Assembly: GCA_016177875.1 (NCBI GenBank)
Contig: JACOUL010000008.1
Location: forward strand, 79,432-143,431
Length of the DNA stretch: 64,000 nucleotides
Direction of reading: 5' to 3'
Origin: Burkholderiales bacterium
Lineage (GTDB): Bacteria; Pseudomonadota; Gammaproteobacteria; Burkholderiales; Burkholderiaceae_D
Position numbers and translations under genes: made by a program. The notes below the pieces were generated by a model. That model was not told the DNA's origin. It saw only the letters and a list, made by a program, of their open reading frames with translations, and searched no databases. Below are positions 46,887 to 57,053 of this stretch, one piece after another. Every line of letters begins with the position of its first letter. Position 1 is the stretch's first letter.

Positions 46887-47627
46887 TTAGCTTTTTCTGA
46901 ACGTAAACTTTGGAAATAATTTCGACACGCGTGCGATCGTGTCGGCGGACGGATAGCCGGCCGTGGTGGCGGCCTTGAGTTTGTCGTCCGTGCATCCTTG
47001 CGTTCGAAATAACTGCAAGGCGTAATTGTTGACGCCCATCGACGCCAAGGTCGATGCAAGCTCGACGATTTCTTCTTCATCCAACAGTGTGGGATGGATG
47101 GTGGTACGGACTTCGTAATCAATGCCGCTTTCAAGCATGGCGTCAATGCTGGCTTGCGCCAGCTTGCCGCTGTCTGGAATGCCGGTGATCTTTTCATAGC
47201 GATCGAACGGCGCCTTGATATCCAGGCCTACCCAATCCACCCAAGGCAATACCTCGGCCAAGCGCCGAGGATAAATGCCGGCGCTATGCAGGCCGATGGC
47301 GAAGCCCATCTTGCGCACGCTCCAGATCGCTTCATTGAGCGCCGGGTCGATCGCCGGCTCGCCGCCGCTGAAGACGACGCCGTCGATCAATTCGCTGCGC
47401 CGATATAGAAAATGCAGCACATCCGACCATGCAATTGCGCTTTCCTGGGTACGCGGCTGCAGATGCGGATTGTGGCAGTAGCCGCAGCGCCAGGGACAAC
47501 CCTGGACGAAAAGCACTGCGGCCAGCATGCCGGGATAATCCGTTGCGCTGAACGGCGTCATCCCCCCGATTTTCAGCGTATCAGCAGTGCTGTTCGGCGG
47601 CGCATTCAGTGAAATATTGGCGCTCAT
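46887..47627 (-). CDS. nrdG: Anaerobic ribonucleotide reductase activating protein (radical SAM)
   Basis: FVQGCPWRCGYCHNP radical-SAM cluster motif. NrdG-like N-terminus (LKIGGMTPFSATDYPG). Confidence 0.85.
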   Translation of the reverse strand: MSANISLNAPPNSTADTLKIGGMTPFSATDYPGMLAAVLFVQGCPWRCGYCHNPHLQPRTQESAIAWSDVLHFLYRRSELIDGVVFSGGEPAIDPALNEAIWSVRKMGFAIGLHSAGIYPRRLAEVLPWVDWVGLDIKAPFDRYEKITGIPDSGKLAQASIDAMLESGIDYEVRTTIHPTLLDEEEIVELASTLASMGVNNYALQLFRTQGCTDDKLKAATTAGYPSADTIARVSKLFPKFTFRKS

Positions 47628-47775
47628 GGAACTCTCCTTTTTTACCGATGTTGAACGAGGAGACGGGGCGGTGATACCCCATCACGCGCGTCCAAATTTC
47701 GCAGCGTTGGCGCTCTGCGTCGGTCAGGATAATTTGTTTGGTGGATAAGGCGTTTTGATTGCTCAGATCGGTCAT
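47581..47775 (-). CDS. Stand-alone glycyl-radical domain protein (NrdD C-terminal module encoded separately)
   Basis: TRVMGYHRPVSSFNIGKKGEFHERQY aligns with the NrdD glycyl-radical tail (RRVCGYLG...FNAGKKEEVKRRV). GAAAAGGAG RBS before ATG (MTDLSNQ...). Overlaps nrdG by 47 nt. Confidence 0.6.
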   Translation of the reverse strand: MTDLSNQNALSTKQIILTDAERQRCEIWTRVMGYHRPVSSFNIGKKGEFHERQYFTECAAEQHC

Positions 47776-47801
47776 GGCGGTCTCCTTTTCGGGTGGGTAA
47801 A

Positions 47802-49817
47802 TCAAGCAAGCTCTTGGGTTTTGCGGGCGATGAGCTCTTCATCGCATTTCGGGCAGAATTCATGGCTGCCTTTGAGATAGCCATGCTTCGGACAAATCGA
47901 GAACGTCGGCGTCACCGTGATGTAAGGCAGGCGGAAGCGGCTCAGCGCGCGCTTGACCAGCGTGCGGCATGCCTGCGAATTCGACAGCGATTCGGTCATG
48001 TACAAATGCAGCACGGTGCCGCCGGTGTATTTGCGCTGCAATTCATCCTGACGCTCCAATGCTTCGAACGGGTCGTCGGTAAAGCCGACCGGCAACTGCG
48101 ATGAGTTGGTGTAGTAAGGCATGTCTGGCGTACCGGCCTGGATAATGTCCGTGAAGCGCTTCTTGTCTTCCTTGGCAAAGCGGTAGGTCGTGCCTTCTGC
48201 GGGCGTGGCTTCCAGGTTGTACATATTGCCGGTCTCATCCTGGAAGGCGAGCATGCGGCTGCGCACATGGTCCAGCAAACGTACGGCAAATGCATGGCCC
48301 CACTCGGTGGTGAGGTCGTGCTCGTCGCGCGTGAAATTACGGATCATCTCGTTGATGCCGTTCACGCCCAGCGTCGAGAAGTGATTGCGCAGCGTGCCGA
48401 GATAGCGCTTGGTGTACGGGAACAAACCGTTATCCATATGACGCTGGATGACCTTGCGCTTGATTTCCAAGCTGTTCTTGCCCAGCTCCATCAACTGATC
48501 GAGGCGATTCATCAATGCTTCTTCGTCGCCGCGATGCAGATAACCCAGGCGTGCGCAATTGACGGTCACCACGCCGAGCGAACCGGTTTGTTCCGCCGAA
48601 CCGAACAAGCCGTTGCCGCGCTTGAGCAGTTCGCGCAAATCCAGCTGCAAGCGGCAGCACATCGAGCGGATCATGTTGGGCTTTAATTCCGAATTCACGA
48701 AGTTCTGGAAGTAGGGCAAGCCATACTTGGCCGTCATCTCGAACAAGAGCTCAGCGTTGGGGCTGGTCCAATCGAAATCCGCCGTGATGTTGTAGGTCGG
48801 AATCGGAAAGGTGAAGACGCGTCCCTTCGCGTCGCCCGCCATCATGATCTCGATGTAAGCGCGGTTGATCATGTCCATCTCGGCCTGCAGTTCGCCGTAG
48901 CTGAACGGCATCTCGACGCCGCCGACCACCGGCACTTGTTCGCGCAAGTCTTCCGGGCAGATCCAGTCGAAGGTGAGGTTGGTGAACGGCGTTTGCGTAC
49001 CCCAGCGCGACGGCACGTTGAGGTTATAAATCAGCTCCTGCATGTACTGCTTGACTTCCACGTAGTCCAAATTGTCTTTGCGGATGTAAGGCGCCATGTA
49101 GGTATCGAAGGAGCTGAAGGCTTGCGCGCCGGCCCATTCGTTTTGCAGCGTGCCCAGGAAGTTGACGATCTGGCCGATGGCGGAAGACATATGCTTGGGC
49201 GGGCTCGATTCCACCTTGCCCGGTACGCCGTTCAAACCTTCATGCAAGAGCGTGCGCAGCGACCAGCCGGCGCAGTAACCCGCCAGCATGTCGAGGTCAT
49301 GAATGTGAATGTCTGCATTGCGATGCGCTTCGCCGACTTCCGGCGGATAGACGTGGTTCAGCCAATAGTTGGCGATGACTTTGCCGGAAACGTTCAGGAT
49401 CAGGCCTCCCAGCGAATAACCCTGGTTGGCGTTGGCGTTGACGCGCCAGTCGAGCTGCTGCAGGTATTCATTCATCGATGATTCGACATCGACCAGGGTT
49501 TGCTTATCGCTGCGCAGCTTCTTGTGCTGTTCGCGATACACCACATAGGCGCGCAAGGTATTGCGATAGCCGGCATCGAACAGGACGGACTCGACCACGT
49601 CCTGGATTTGTTCGACAAGCGGCGCTTCCGCGCCGTTTAACTGCACGCGGCGCATGACGACTTTGAGCGTCAGCTCCTCAGCTTCTTCGAAACCGTATTC
49701 GCCGCTGGCCTGTCCGGCACGCACGACGGCTGAGAGAATTTTGCGGGAATCGAAGGGGGCAATGCTGCCGTCGCGCTTGATGATATGGGTAAGAAAGGAA
49801 ATCGCTTGTGGTGTCAT
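47802..49817 (-). CDS. nrdD: Anaerobic ribonucleoside-triphosphate reductase large subunit, lacking the glycyl-radical tail
   Basis: N-terminal ATP cone (IIKRDGSIAPFDSRKI). Class III RNR core. C-terminal zinc ribbon CPKHGY...CPKC. Ends 15 residues after the ribbon with no RxxGY motif. Confidence 0.85.
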   Translation of the reverse strand: MTPQAISFLTHIIKRDGSIAPFDSRKILSAVVRAGQASGEYGFEEAEELTLKVVMRRVQLNGAEAPLVEQIQDVVESVLFDAGYRNTLRAYVVYREQHKKLRSDKQTLVDVESSMNEYLQQLDWRVNANANQGYSLGGLILNVSGKVIANYWLNHVYPPEVGEAHRNADIHIHDLDMLAGYCAGWSLRTLLHEGLNGVPGKVESSPPKHMSSAIGQIVNFLGTLQNEWAGAQAFSSFDTYMAPYIRKDNLDYVEVKQYMQELIYNLNVPSRWGTQTPFTNLTFDWICPEDLREQVPVVGGVEMPFSYGELQAEMDMINRAYIEIMMAGDAKGRVFTFPIPTYNITADFDWTSPNAELLFEMTAKYGLPYFQNFVNSELKPNMIRSMCCRLQLDLRELLKRGNGLFGSAEQTGSLGVVTVNCARLGYLHRGDEEALMNRLDQLMELGKNSLEIKRKVIQRHMDNGLFPYTKRYLGTLRNHFSTLGVNGINEMIRNFTRDEHDLTTEWGHAFAVRLLDHVRSRMLAFQDETGNMYNLEATPAEGTTYRFAKEDKKRFTDIIQAGTPDMPYYTNSSQLPVGFTDDPFEALERQDELQRKYTGGTVLHLYMTESLSNSQACRTLVKRALSRFRLPYITVTPTFSICPKHGYLKGSHEFCPKCDEELIARKTQELA

Positions 49818-49831
49818 CTCGTCTCCGTTGA

Positions 49832-49878
49832 AACACTATATGTTGGTGCGAAAGCTAGGGTAGGCACTAAATATAGTG
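49832..49878. promoter_or_regulatory. Tandem NrdR boxes upstream of nrdD
   Basis: ACACTATATGTTGGTG and GCACTAAATATAGTGG resemble the 16-bp NrdR palindrome (acaCwAtATaTwGtgt). Starts are 31 bp apart (three helical turns). Confidence 0.6.
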
Positions 49879-50296
49879 GGGTCAACGGCGTGCGAGGATT
49901 TTTTTGAAATTCTTGATCTAGGTTGGTTTTTTGAATTTGGAGGGAAAGGCGGCGTTCAAATCGGCTAGAAGTTTTTCTGTTCGTTGCTCTGGATACTTCT
50001 GTGTTGATTTTGCAATATTTTCATGTCAGGATGGTTGGAAGTTGCCGATGAAGAATTTAATGAAAAGAGGCGCCGCATTCATGAGCCGGCCGCTTTCGCG
50101 CTCGGTAACCCAAATGGATTCTTTGCCCACTGAAACTGTGACTGCAGGCGCGGCAATTTCTTTCGACGCGAAGCACTCTTCAGGCGTATGCAAGCCACGG
50201 TTCGCCTCGCTTAGTTCTTGTACTTCCGAACCGGTGAAGGCCACCCAGGCATATGGCGAGTCGGGAGCGCTGTGTTCCATGGATAGGCGAAGGGAA

Positions 50297-50830
50297 TTAC
50301 TTTGGCAAGAGTATGGAAAGTATGAGCTTAAGCTGCTTTTCGGTGGTGACTGGTCCATCAAGCGCAGCATAGCCAACCCATGCGCAATATGCCCATTGTC
50401 CTAAAGTCAGCGCTTCGTCTTTTGACCAGCCGACGCCCCGCAATAGTTTGGCGAGATAGTTGATTCTTTCCAGATCGACTCGCGCACGCACTTCTCGCAC
50501 AGCGGGATTATTCAATGACCATGACCGGATCGCTCGGTCTAATTTGAAATCCGAATAGGCGGCGCCAATAATCCATGTGCGCAATTTTGTGTGCGGGTCG
50601 TTGTTATCTTTCTCCAGGCATTGAATCGCTTCTTGCGTATAGCTCTGTTCCCATTCTTCCAGCAATGCTGTCCGGTACTCTTCAAGATTTTTGAAATGCC
50701 AATAAAAACTGCCTTTGGTGACACCCAGCTGCTCGGCAATCGGCATGATCCGGAGTCCTTCCGGCCCTTCTTCGGCAAGGGCTTGCAAGCCGGCAGTTAG
50801 CCAGCGCTGTCGATTCAATTTCTCGTCCAT
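50297..50830 (-). CDS. TetR/AcrR family transcriptional regulator
   Basis: N-terminal HTH (GLRIMPIAEQLGVTKGSFYWHF). Start at MDEKLNRQRW. Confidence 0.7.
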   Translation of the reverse strand: MDEKLNRQRWLTAGLQALAEEGPEGLRIMPIAEQLGVTKGSFYWHFKNLEEYRTALLEEWEQSYTQEAIQCLEKDNNDPHTKLRTWIIGAAYSDFKLDRAIRSWSLNNPAVREVRARVDLERINYLAKLLRGVGWSKDEALTLGQWAYCAWVGYAALDGPVTTEKQLKLILSILLPK

Positions 50831-50917
50831 GATGTCACCATACCGCAAGGTATTGACAAGCGCAATCGTTGATGTGATTATGTCCATACCGAATGGTATG
50901 GAAAATGGGAGAGCGCA

Positions 50918-51634
50918 GTGGAGTCTATTCGTATTGCAGGCATGCGGCCTGTCTGGGGATTGCCGAGCCCAAGTCCTTTTTGTCTCAAGCTGGAAACTTG
51001 GCTGCGCTTCGAAGGGATTCCATACAGCCAAGTCATCTTAAATAAGCCGCCTCAATCCAAGACCGGAAAAGTGCCTTACTTATTGCGTGCTGACGGCAGT
51101 ACGCTAGCCGACAGCAACGTCATCATCGAGACGCTTGCAAAGGAGCGCGGCATCGATCTCGGCTATGGATGCACGCCTGAAGAACAGGCACGAGCCCATG
51201 CCGTTCTGCGCATGATCGAAGAGAGCCTCTATTTTGCGGCCGTATGGGAGCGGTGGATGGATGCCAAATTTTGGCCGACGACGCGGGAAGGGTACTTTGG
51301 CCATCTGCCTGCCGGACTAAGCAAGCTGATCGCGGGGATGATACGCAAAAAAGTCCGGACCGCGCTGCATGGTCAAGGCATATCCCGGCATGAGCCAGCG
51401 CGCATTGCTGCCTTCGGCGGGGCAGATGTGAAGGTACTATCTTCAGCGCTGGGAAATCGGTCATTCTTCAGCGGCGAAAGACCGGGTGTGGTCGATGCTT
51501 CCGCCTACGGCACATTGGCCAATCTTTTGGGATTTCCGGAATCTACACCTCTAAAGGCGGTCGTTGAAGCACATCCCAATTTGGTGGAATTCTGTCGCCG
51601 TATTAAGAGCGGTTACTGGCGTGAGGAGGGCTGA
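50918..51634 (+). CDS. Glutathione S-transferase-like (thioredoxin-fold N-domain) protein
   Basis: GST N-terminal-like region (PFCLKLETWLRFEGIPY...GKVPYLL) plus a helical C-domain. Confidence 0.55.
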   Translation: MESIRIAGMRPVWGLPSPSPFCLKLETWLRFEGIPYSQVILNKPPQSKTGKVPYLLRADGSTLADSNVIIETLAKERGIDLGYGCTPEEQARAHAVLRMIEESLYFAAVWERWMDAKFWPTTREGYFGHLPAGLSKLIAGMIRKKVRTALHGQGISRHEPARIAAFGGADVKVLSSALGNRSFFSGERPGVVDASAYGTLANLLGFPESTPLKAVVEAHPNLVEFCRRIKSGYWREEG

Positions 51635-51637
51635 AAC

Positions 51638-52000
51638 ATGGCAAAAATTATTGCGTGGGCGATGTTCATATTAGGCATTGGGCATATCGTATTTGGCATT
51701 GTCAGATTTCATGGGCCGCTTGCAGATGCTGTTTCTGCAGGCTTTATCGGCCAGTTCATAGAGCCTGAGGTTAGACGTACGGCATTTTGGTTCCTATTGT
51801 GCGGACCCTTAATCATGCTGATGGGGCATTTGGCAATACGAGCGGTTGCGGCTGATGATAGGGCAATGCTTAAAATCGGCGGCGCCTACGGCTTTATTAC
51901 ATCCGCGATCGGCGTGGCGGCATTTCCGGTATCGCCATTGTGGGCGCCGCTGGTGCTTTCATTGCTGCTTCTTGCGGTTGGGTATCGATGGATTAAATAA
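51638..52000 (+). CDS. Small membrane protein (hypothetical)
   Basis: Three or four hydrophobic helices. Confidence 0.4.
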   Translation: MAKIIAWAMFILGIGHIVFGIVRFHGPLADAVSAGFIGQFIEPEVRRTAFWFLLCGPLIMLMGHLAIRAVAADDRAMLKIGGAYGFITSAIGVAAFPVSPLWAPLVLSLLLLAVGYRWIK

Positions 52001-52017
52001 CTTCTGATTCGCCTATT

Positions 52018-52455
52018 ATGAAAAGCATTTTGCTGCCGCTGCATCTTGTGTTCGCCGGCCTCTGGCTGGGGTGCGTGCTGACCGAAGCGTTGTTTGAACG
52101 TGCATTGCTTGGAACAGGCCGCGATAAGGAGCTGATCTTGGCCAAGCTTCATAAGAAGGTGGATATCTTTATTGAGATTCCGGCGTTTTTACTGGTTTTG
52201 ATAACCGGCGGATTTATGTTGCACAGTGCGCCGCATAGCATGGCTCTCTTGGCAAAGATCGGCTTTGGCGGCTTGGCGTTAGTCGCTAACGTATATTGCG
52301 TATGCTTGGTATTTAAGCGCGTTCGTTATGCATCCGATGGGCATTGGAAAGCATTTGAAATTGCGGATCACCTGCAGCATAAAATCGGCGCGCTTGTCTT
52401 GATCGGCATTTTGGGCGCCTTCGGATTGGGGTTGTATCTCTATGCGCTTAGCTAG
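52018..52455 (+). CDS. Membrane protein (hypothetical)
   Basis: Four predicted TM helices. Confidence 0.4.
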   Translation: MKSILLPLHLVFAGLWLGCVLTEALFERALLGTGRDKELILAKLHKKVDIFIEIPAFLLVLITGGFMLHSAPHSMALLAKIGFGGLALVANVYCVCLVFKRVRYASDGHWKAFEIADHLQHKIGALVLIGILGAFGLGLYLYALS

Positions 52456-52562
52456 GGCAGGGAGCATGGAAGTTCGAAACGCTCGCTGTAGCCTAAAGAA
52501 TTTTCGCACGCTGTAGAATTGCATTTTTTCTATCTTTTGCGATTCTTCTTTGTGAGAAAAAA

Positions 52563-52982
52563 ATGACCGCATCTGCACTTGCACTGTTTGGTTACATTGG
52601 ATGGACACTGCTTTTAGTTCTTGCGATGGAAGGCATGCGGACACTATTGGTGCTTCGCGGGAAAAAGGTGGCTTCCGATTTTAAGCCTGACGGAACGGAT
52701 GTATCGCCATTTGCTCATCGATTGGCGCGGGCACATGCCAATTGTTATGAACATTTTCCGATTATCGGGGGTCTTCTGATTTTAGGGCTGGCGACAGGAA
52801 AGTCGTCGATTACCGATCCGCTCGCACTCTGGATGTTAGCGGCGCGAATTGCGCAATCATCGGTGCACCTTGTATCTATAAGCAATAGAGCGCTTCAAAT
52901 TCGCTTCTTTTTCTTCGCGGTTCAGTTAGTCATAGCGGTGTGGTGGTCCTTGCGGTTTTTAGGAATATGGATGGCAACCTAA
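52563..52982 (+). CDS. MAPEG-family membrane protein
   Basis: HANCYEHFP motif typical of MAPEG. Four TM helices. Confidence 0.55.
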   Translation: MTASALALFGYIGWTLLLVLAMEGMRTLLVLRGKKVASDFKPDGTDVSPFAHRLARAHANCYEHFPIIGGLLILGLATGKSSITDPLALWMLAARIAQSSVHLVSISNRALQIRFFFFAVQLVIAVWWSLRFLGIWMAT

Positions 52983-53050
52983 CGGAACGTTAGACTGTGG
53001 AAGGCAACAGGTATACTAGCCAGTTGTATTCCCTTCGCAACGAGTATTCA

Positions 53051-54337
53051 ATGACTTCCAGAAATGAAATTTTGATGGCGCGTGCCCAGGCTACCACGCC
53101 GGGCGGCGTCAATTCTCCCGTGCGCGCTTTCCGCTCCGTGGGTGGCACGCCGCGCTTTATCACGCATGCCGAAGGCCCGTATTTTTGGGATGCGGACGGC
53201 AAGCGCTACATCGATTACATCGGCTCATGGGGGCCGGCGATTGTCGGGCACGCGCATCCGGAAGTCGTGCGCGCGGTGCAAGAAGCCGCTGCGCGCGGCT
53301 TGTCCTTCGGTGCGCCGACCGAAGGCGAAATCGACATGGCGGAAGAGATTTGCAAGCTGGTGCCTTCTGTCGAGCAAGTGCGCTTGGTTTCTTCCGGCAC
53401 CGAAGCGACCATGAGTGCATTGCGCTTGGCGCGCGGGGCCACCGGCCGCGACAAGATCATCAAATTTGAAGGCTGCTACCACGGCCACGCCGATTCGCTG
53501 CTGGTGAAGGCGGGCAGCGGCTTGCTCACCTTTGGCAATCCGACTTCCGCCGGGGTGCCGGCCGATTTCGCCAAGCATACCCTGGTGCTGGACTATAACA
53601 ATACGCAGCAACTCGAAGACGCCTTCAAGCAATATGGCGATGCGATTGCCTGCGTGATTGTCGAACCTGTGGCCGGCAATATGAACCTGGTGCGCGCGAC
53701 GCCGGAATTTTTGCAGGCCATGCGGCGCTTGTGTACGCAGCACGGTGCAGTGTTGATTTTCGATGAAGTCATGTCGGGCTTCCGTGTGGCGCTCGGCGGC
53801 GCCCAATCGCTCTTCGGCATTCGGCCGGATTTGACTGCTTTGGGCAAAGTGATCGGCGGCGGCTTGCCGGTTGCCGCATACGGCGGGCGCGCCGATTTGA
53901 TGAAGCAAATGGCGCCGCTCGGTCCGGTGTATCAAGCCGGCACCTTGTCCGGCAACCCAGTCGCGGTGGCTGCCGGCATGAGCACCCTGAAATTGATCCA
54001 AGCACCGGGTTTCTATGAGTCGCTTGCCGCGCAAACCAAAAAATTGATGCAAGGCTTGGCCGATGCCGCAAAAGCGGCGGGCATCGTGTTTTGCGCCGAT
54101 TCGGTGGGCGGCATGTTCGGCGTTTATTTTGCCCAAGCCGTTCCGGGCAGCTTTGCCGAGATGATGGCGTGCGACAAAGAGCGCTTCAATTCTTTCTTCC
54201 ATGCGATGCTCAATGAAGGTGTTTATCTGGCACCATCCGCGTTTGAGGCGGGATTTGTGTCGGCAAAGCATGACGACGCCGTGATTGCGGAAACGATAAA
54301 TGCTGCGCGCAAGGCATTTTCTGCTGTACCACGCTAA
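53051..54337 (+). CDS. hemL: Glutamate-1-semialdehyde 2,1-aminomutase
   Basis: PLP aminotransferase class III. Sequence matches GSA aminomutase along its length ([18 protein letters not shown]..., [16 protein letters not shown]). Start at MTSRNEI. Confidence 0.9.
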   Translation: MTSRNEILMARAQATTPGGVNSPVRAFRSVGGTPRFITHAEGPYFWDADGKRYIDYIGSWGPAIVGHAHPEVVRAVQEAAARGLSFGAPTEGEIDMAEEICKLVPSVEQVRLVSSGTEATMSALRLARGATGRDKIIKFEGCYHGHADSLLVKAGSGLLTFGNPTSAGVPADFAKHTLVLDYNNTQQLEDAFKQYGDAIACVIVEPVAGNMNLVRATPEFLQAMRRLCTQHGAVLIFDEVMSGFRVALGGAQSLFGIRPDLTALGKVIGGGLPVAAYGGRADLMKQMAPLGPVYQAGTLSGNPVAVAAGMSTLKLIQAPGFYESLAAQTKKLMQGLADAAKAAGIVFCADSVGGMFGVYFAQAVPGSFAEMMACDKERFNSFFHAMLNEGVYLAPSAFEAGFVSAKHDDAVIAETINAARKAFSAVPR

Positions 54338-54451
54338 TTCGAAGCAGCCCGGTCAATTTTGACTTGAATCAAGGAACTTGCGTATTGGGGTCCGTAGACT
54401 GCAAAGTCGTCGGGTCCTCATTTTTTTACTCGCCCGGCGCCGGAGTACACA

Positions 54452-55882
54452 ATGGCAGCCTTGGCAAAAACCTCACTCGTTACCTCTTCCGTCGAATTCG
54501 ATGCGCAACTGATTAAGAAACTCAGTCAGCTCGGTCCGCGCTATACCTCGTATCCGACGGCGGATCGGTTCACCGACGCCTTCACCGTAGAAGATTATCG
54601 GCAAGCGGTGGCGCGTGTGCGCGAACGAGGCGCGCCTAGTCCGCTTTCGCTGTATCTGCATATCCCGTTTTGCAACACCGTTTGCTATTACTGCGGCTGC
54701 AATAAGATCGTGACGAAAGATCGCAGCAAGGCGGAGATTTATCTCGGCTACTTGAAGCGGGAAATCGATATGCAGGCCGAGCTGCTTGCCGGCATGAACC
54801 ATGTCGAGCAATTGCATTTCGGCGGCGGTACGCCGACTTATCTCTCGGATGAGCAGATGGACGACTTGCTCTTGTATTTGCACAGGAGCTTCAAGTTTGC
54901 GCCGGATGAAGTAGGGGAGTATTCGATCGAAGTCGATCCGCGCACCGTGACACCGGAGCGCGTGCATACTTTGCGCCGCCAAGGATTCAACCGTATCAGC
55001 CTGGGTGTGCAGGACTTCGATCCTGTCGTGCAAAAAGCGGTCAATCGCATCCAGCCGGAAGAACAAACTTTTGCGGTGATCGAGGCGGCGCGCGAGGCGG
55101 GCTTCCGTTCGATCAGCATCGACTTGATCTACGGTTTGCCGAAGCAAAACCTGGTGACGATGTCGCAGACGATCGATAAAGTGATTGCCGCCAATCCGGA
55201 TCGTCTTGCCATTTACAACTACGCGCATTTGCCGCATTTGTTCAAGCCGCAGCGCCGCATCGCCGAGGAAGATTTGCCGAGCGCCGACACCAAGCTCGAT
55301 ATGCTTGCCTTGTGCATCAAGCGTTTGACCGAGGCGGGCTATGTCTACATCGGCATGGACCATTTCGCCAAGCCGACCGATGATTTGGCGGTCGCGCAAA
55401 GAGAAGGGCGCTTGCATCGCAACTTCCAAGGATATTCCACGCATGCCGATGCCGATTTGGTGTCGTGCGGCGTATCGGCCATTAGCGCCATGGGGAATAC
55501 CTACAGCCAGAACGTCAAAACGCTGGATGAATATTATGCGCGCTTGGATGCGGGTGAATTGCCGATTTCGCGCGGCATCAAGCTGGGCATGGATGACATT
55601 TTGCGCCGGACGATAATTCAAATGCTGATGTGCCATTTCGAATTGTCGGTGGATGCCGTCGAAGACCTCTTTCCGATCAGCTTCCATTCTTACTTCGCCT
55701 CCGAGCTTGAAAAACTGCGAGCCTTTGAAGCGGACGGCCTGGTCACCGTCGATCAGGATCGTATCTTCGTGCCTTTGAAGGGACGTTTGTTGATCCGCAA
55801 TATTTGCATGGTATTCGACCGCTATTTGAGTTTGCCCAGAGTGTTGGAAGCGCAGCCCATGCGGTTTTCGAAGACGATTTGA
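54452..55882 (+). CDS. hemN: Oxygen-independent coproporphyrinogen III oxidase (radical SAM)
   Basis: LYLHIPFCNTVCYYCGCNK CxxxCxxC motif. Full-length HemN architecture (476 aa). Confidence 0.85.
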   Translation: MAALAKTSLVTSSVEFDAQLIKKLSQLGPRYTSYPTADRFTDAFTVEDYRQAVARVRERGAPSPLSLYLHIPFCNTVCYYCGCNKIVTKDRSKAEIYLGYLKREIDMQAELLAGMNHVEQLHFGGGTPTYLSDEQMDDLLLYLHRSFKFAPDEVGEYSIEVDPRTVTPERVHTLRRQGFNRISLGVQDFDPVVQKAVNRIQPEEQTFAVIEAAREAGFRSISIDLIYGLPKQNLVTMSQTIDKVIAANPDRLAIYNYAHLPHLFKPQRRIAEEDLPSADTKLDMLALCIKRLTEAGYVYIGMDHFAKPTDDLAVAQREGRLHRNFQGYSTHADADLVSCGVSAISAMGNTYSQNVKTLDEYYARLDAGELPISRGIKLGMDDILRRTIIQMLMCHFELSVDAVEDLFPISFHSYFASELEKLRAFEADGLVTVDQDRIFVPLKGRLLIRNICMVFDRYLSLPRVLEAQPMRFSKTI

Positions 55883-55913
55883 TCGGGCGTACGTACATAT
55901 AAGGACGGCATCG

Positions 55914-56207
55914 ATGATGAGCAAGGATTCCGGAAATTGGCTGTCGGCGCAACAAGCGGTGCAGCCGGACGGTACGGTGGTGGAGAATCTCCCCCTGGTC
56001 AATAAGAAGTTGCCGCCGCTGGTGCCGCAGGCGGAACCAGTGATCACCGTCACCTTACCTGCCGCCGGCATCCAAGCGTTGACGTCGGTACTGGCGCATT
56101 TGCGAGCAGAGGACTTGCGCAAGCTGGTATCAAGCGACGCGGAAGCGCGCGCCGCCTTGTCGGCAGCCGGCTTGCTGCAAGCAGCGCTGGAGGATTATTT
56201 TTCTTAG
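55914..56207 (+). CDS. Hypothetical protein
   Basis: 97-aa ORF downstream of hemN. Confidence 0.35.
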   Translation: MMSKDSGNWLSAQQAVQPDGTVVENLPLVNKKLPPLVPQAEPVITVTLPAAGIQALTSVLAHLRAEDLRKLVSSDAEARAALSAAGLLQAALEDYFS

Positions 56208-56277
56208 GGGGCGTTCCTAACTCCAAGCTGACCTGCTCGAGCGCCTCGAACGCGAAGTGACGGAGTCTAGCTTCATG

Positions 56278-56691
56278 TTAGACCAGCATTTCTCTAAGAT
56301 TTCTGACTATCGATGTGAGCTGGTCTTGCGCAACATCGAAGCCACCAGTAAATGCAAAGGGTGTGTTTGGATTTTTATATCCGGCAAACGCATCTCCTAT
56401 GCGGAAGCGGATGCTAACACTTGAACTTACACCAACGAATTCAAGGTAACTGTCGTATGTTCCTGACAGTTTTGGTTGAAGAGATCGATCAAGTATAAAT
56501 GCATCCAATTCCTCAACGAAGAACTGAAAATTGAAGAAGTTGATATCCTTATTAACGGCTTTGAACATCCCATGACCGATATTTACTGATGCGCCAAAAG
56601 TGAACGAAGCATAGTCCGGCGTCTCATAGCCATCATATTCAATCTCAATACTGCATTTCGCTTGTGTATCGACAATTTGCATGATGCCCAA
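56278..56691 (-). CDS. Hypothetical protein in a short low-GC islet
   Basis: 137-aa ORF. Local GC is clearly lower than the flanks. Confidence 0.4.
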   Translation of the reverse strand: MGIMQIVDTQAKCSIEIEYDGYETPDYASFTFGASVNIGHGMFKAVNKDINFFNFQFFVEELDAFILDRSLQPKLSGTYDSYLEFVGVSSSVSIRFRIGDAFAGYKNPNTPFAFTGGFDVAQDQLTSIVRNLREMLV

Positions 56692-57053
56692 ATTCTAATC
56701 AGGTTTTATAAAACCTATCCCATTAGGTATGAATAACACGCCCCAAGAAAACAGGATAAGCAGTTGATCTTCAAGATTTTATTCCATCACCTGTCCACCT
56801 AACGCTTTCCCAGCAAACCCGGCAAGCCGGACAGGTTTCATCATCATGCAGTGTATGGCCAACAATATCGCTTTGCAATCGAGCCGGCCGCCGCTTATAC
56901 GCCTTTAGTACTAGTTGCCGTCGCCGCCACTTAGCCCTTCCGGCTGAAATTGCTAGCCTGATTGCTCTGCCGAGATAACCCTCCGGCGAATGGTGTTAAG
57001 CAAGGCCGGCGCGTACTCTTCTCTCATCGTGTGTCAATTGTGAGGGGTGTATC

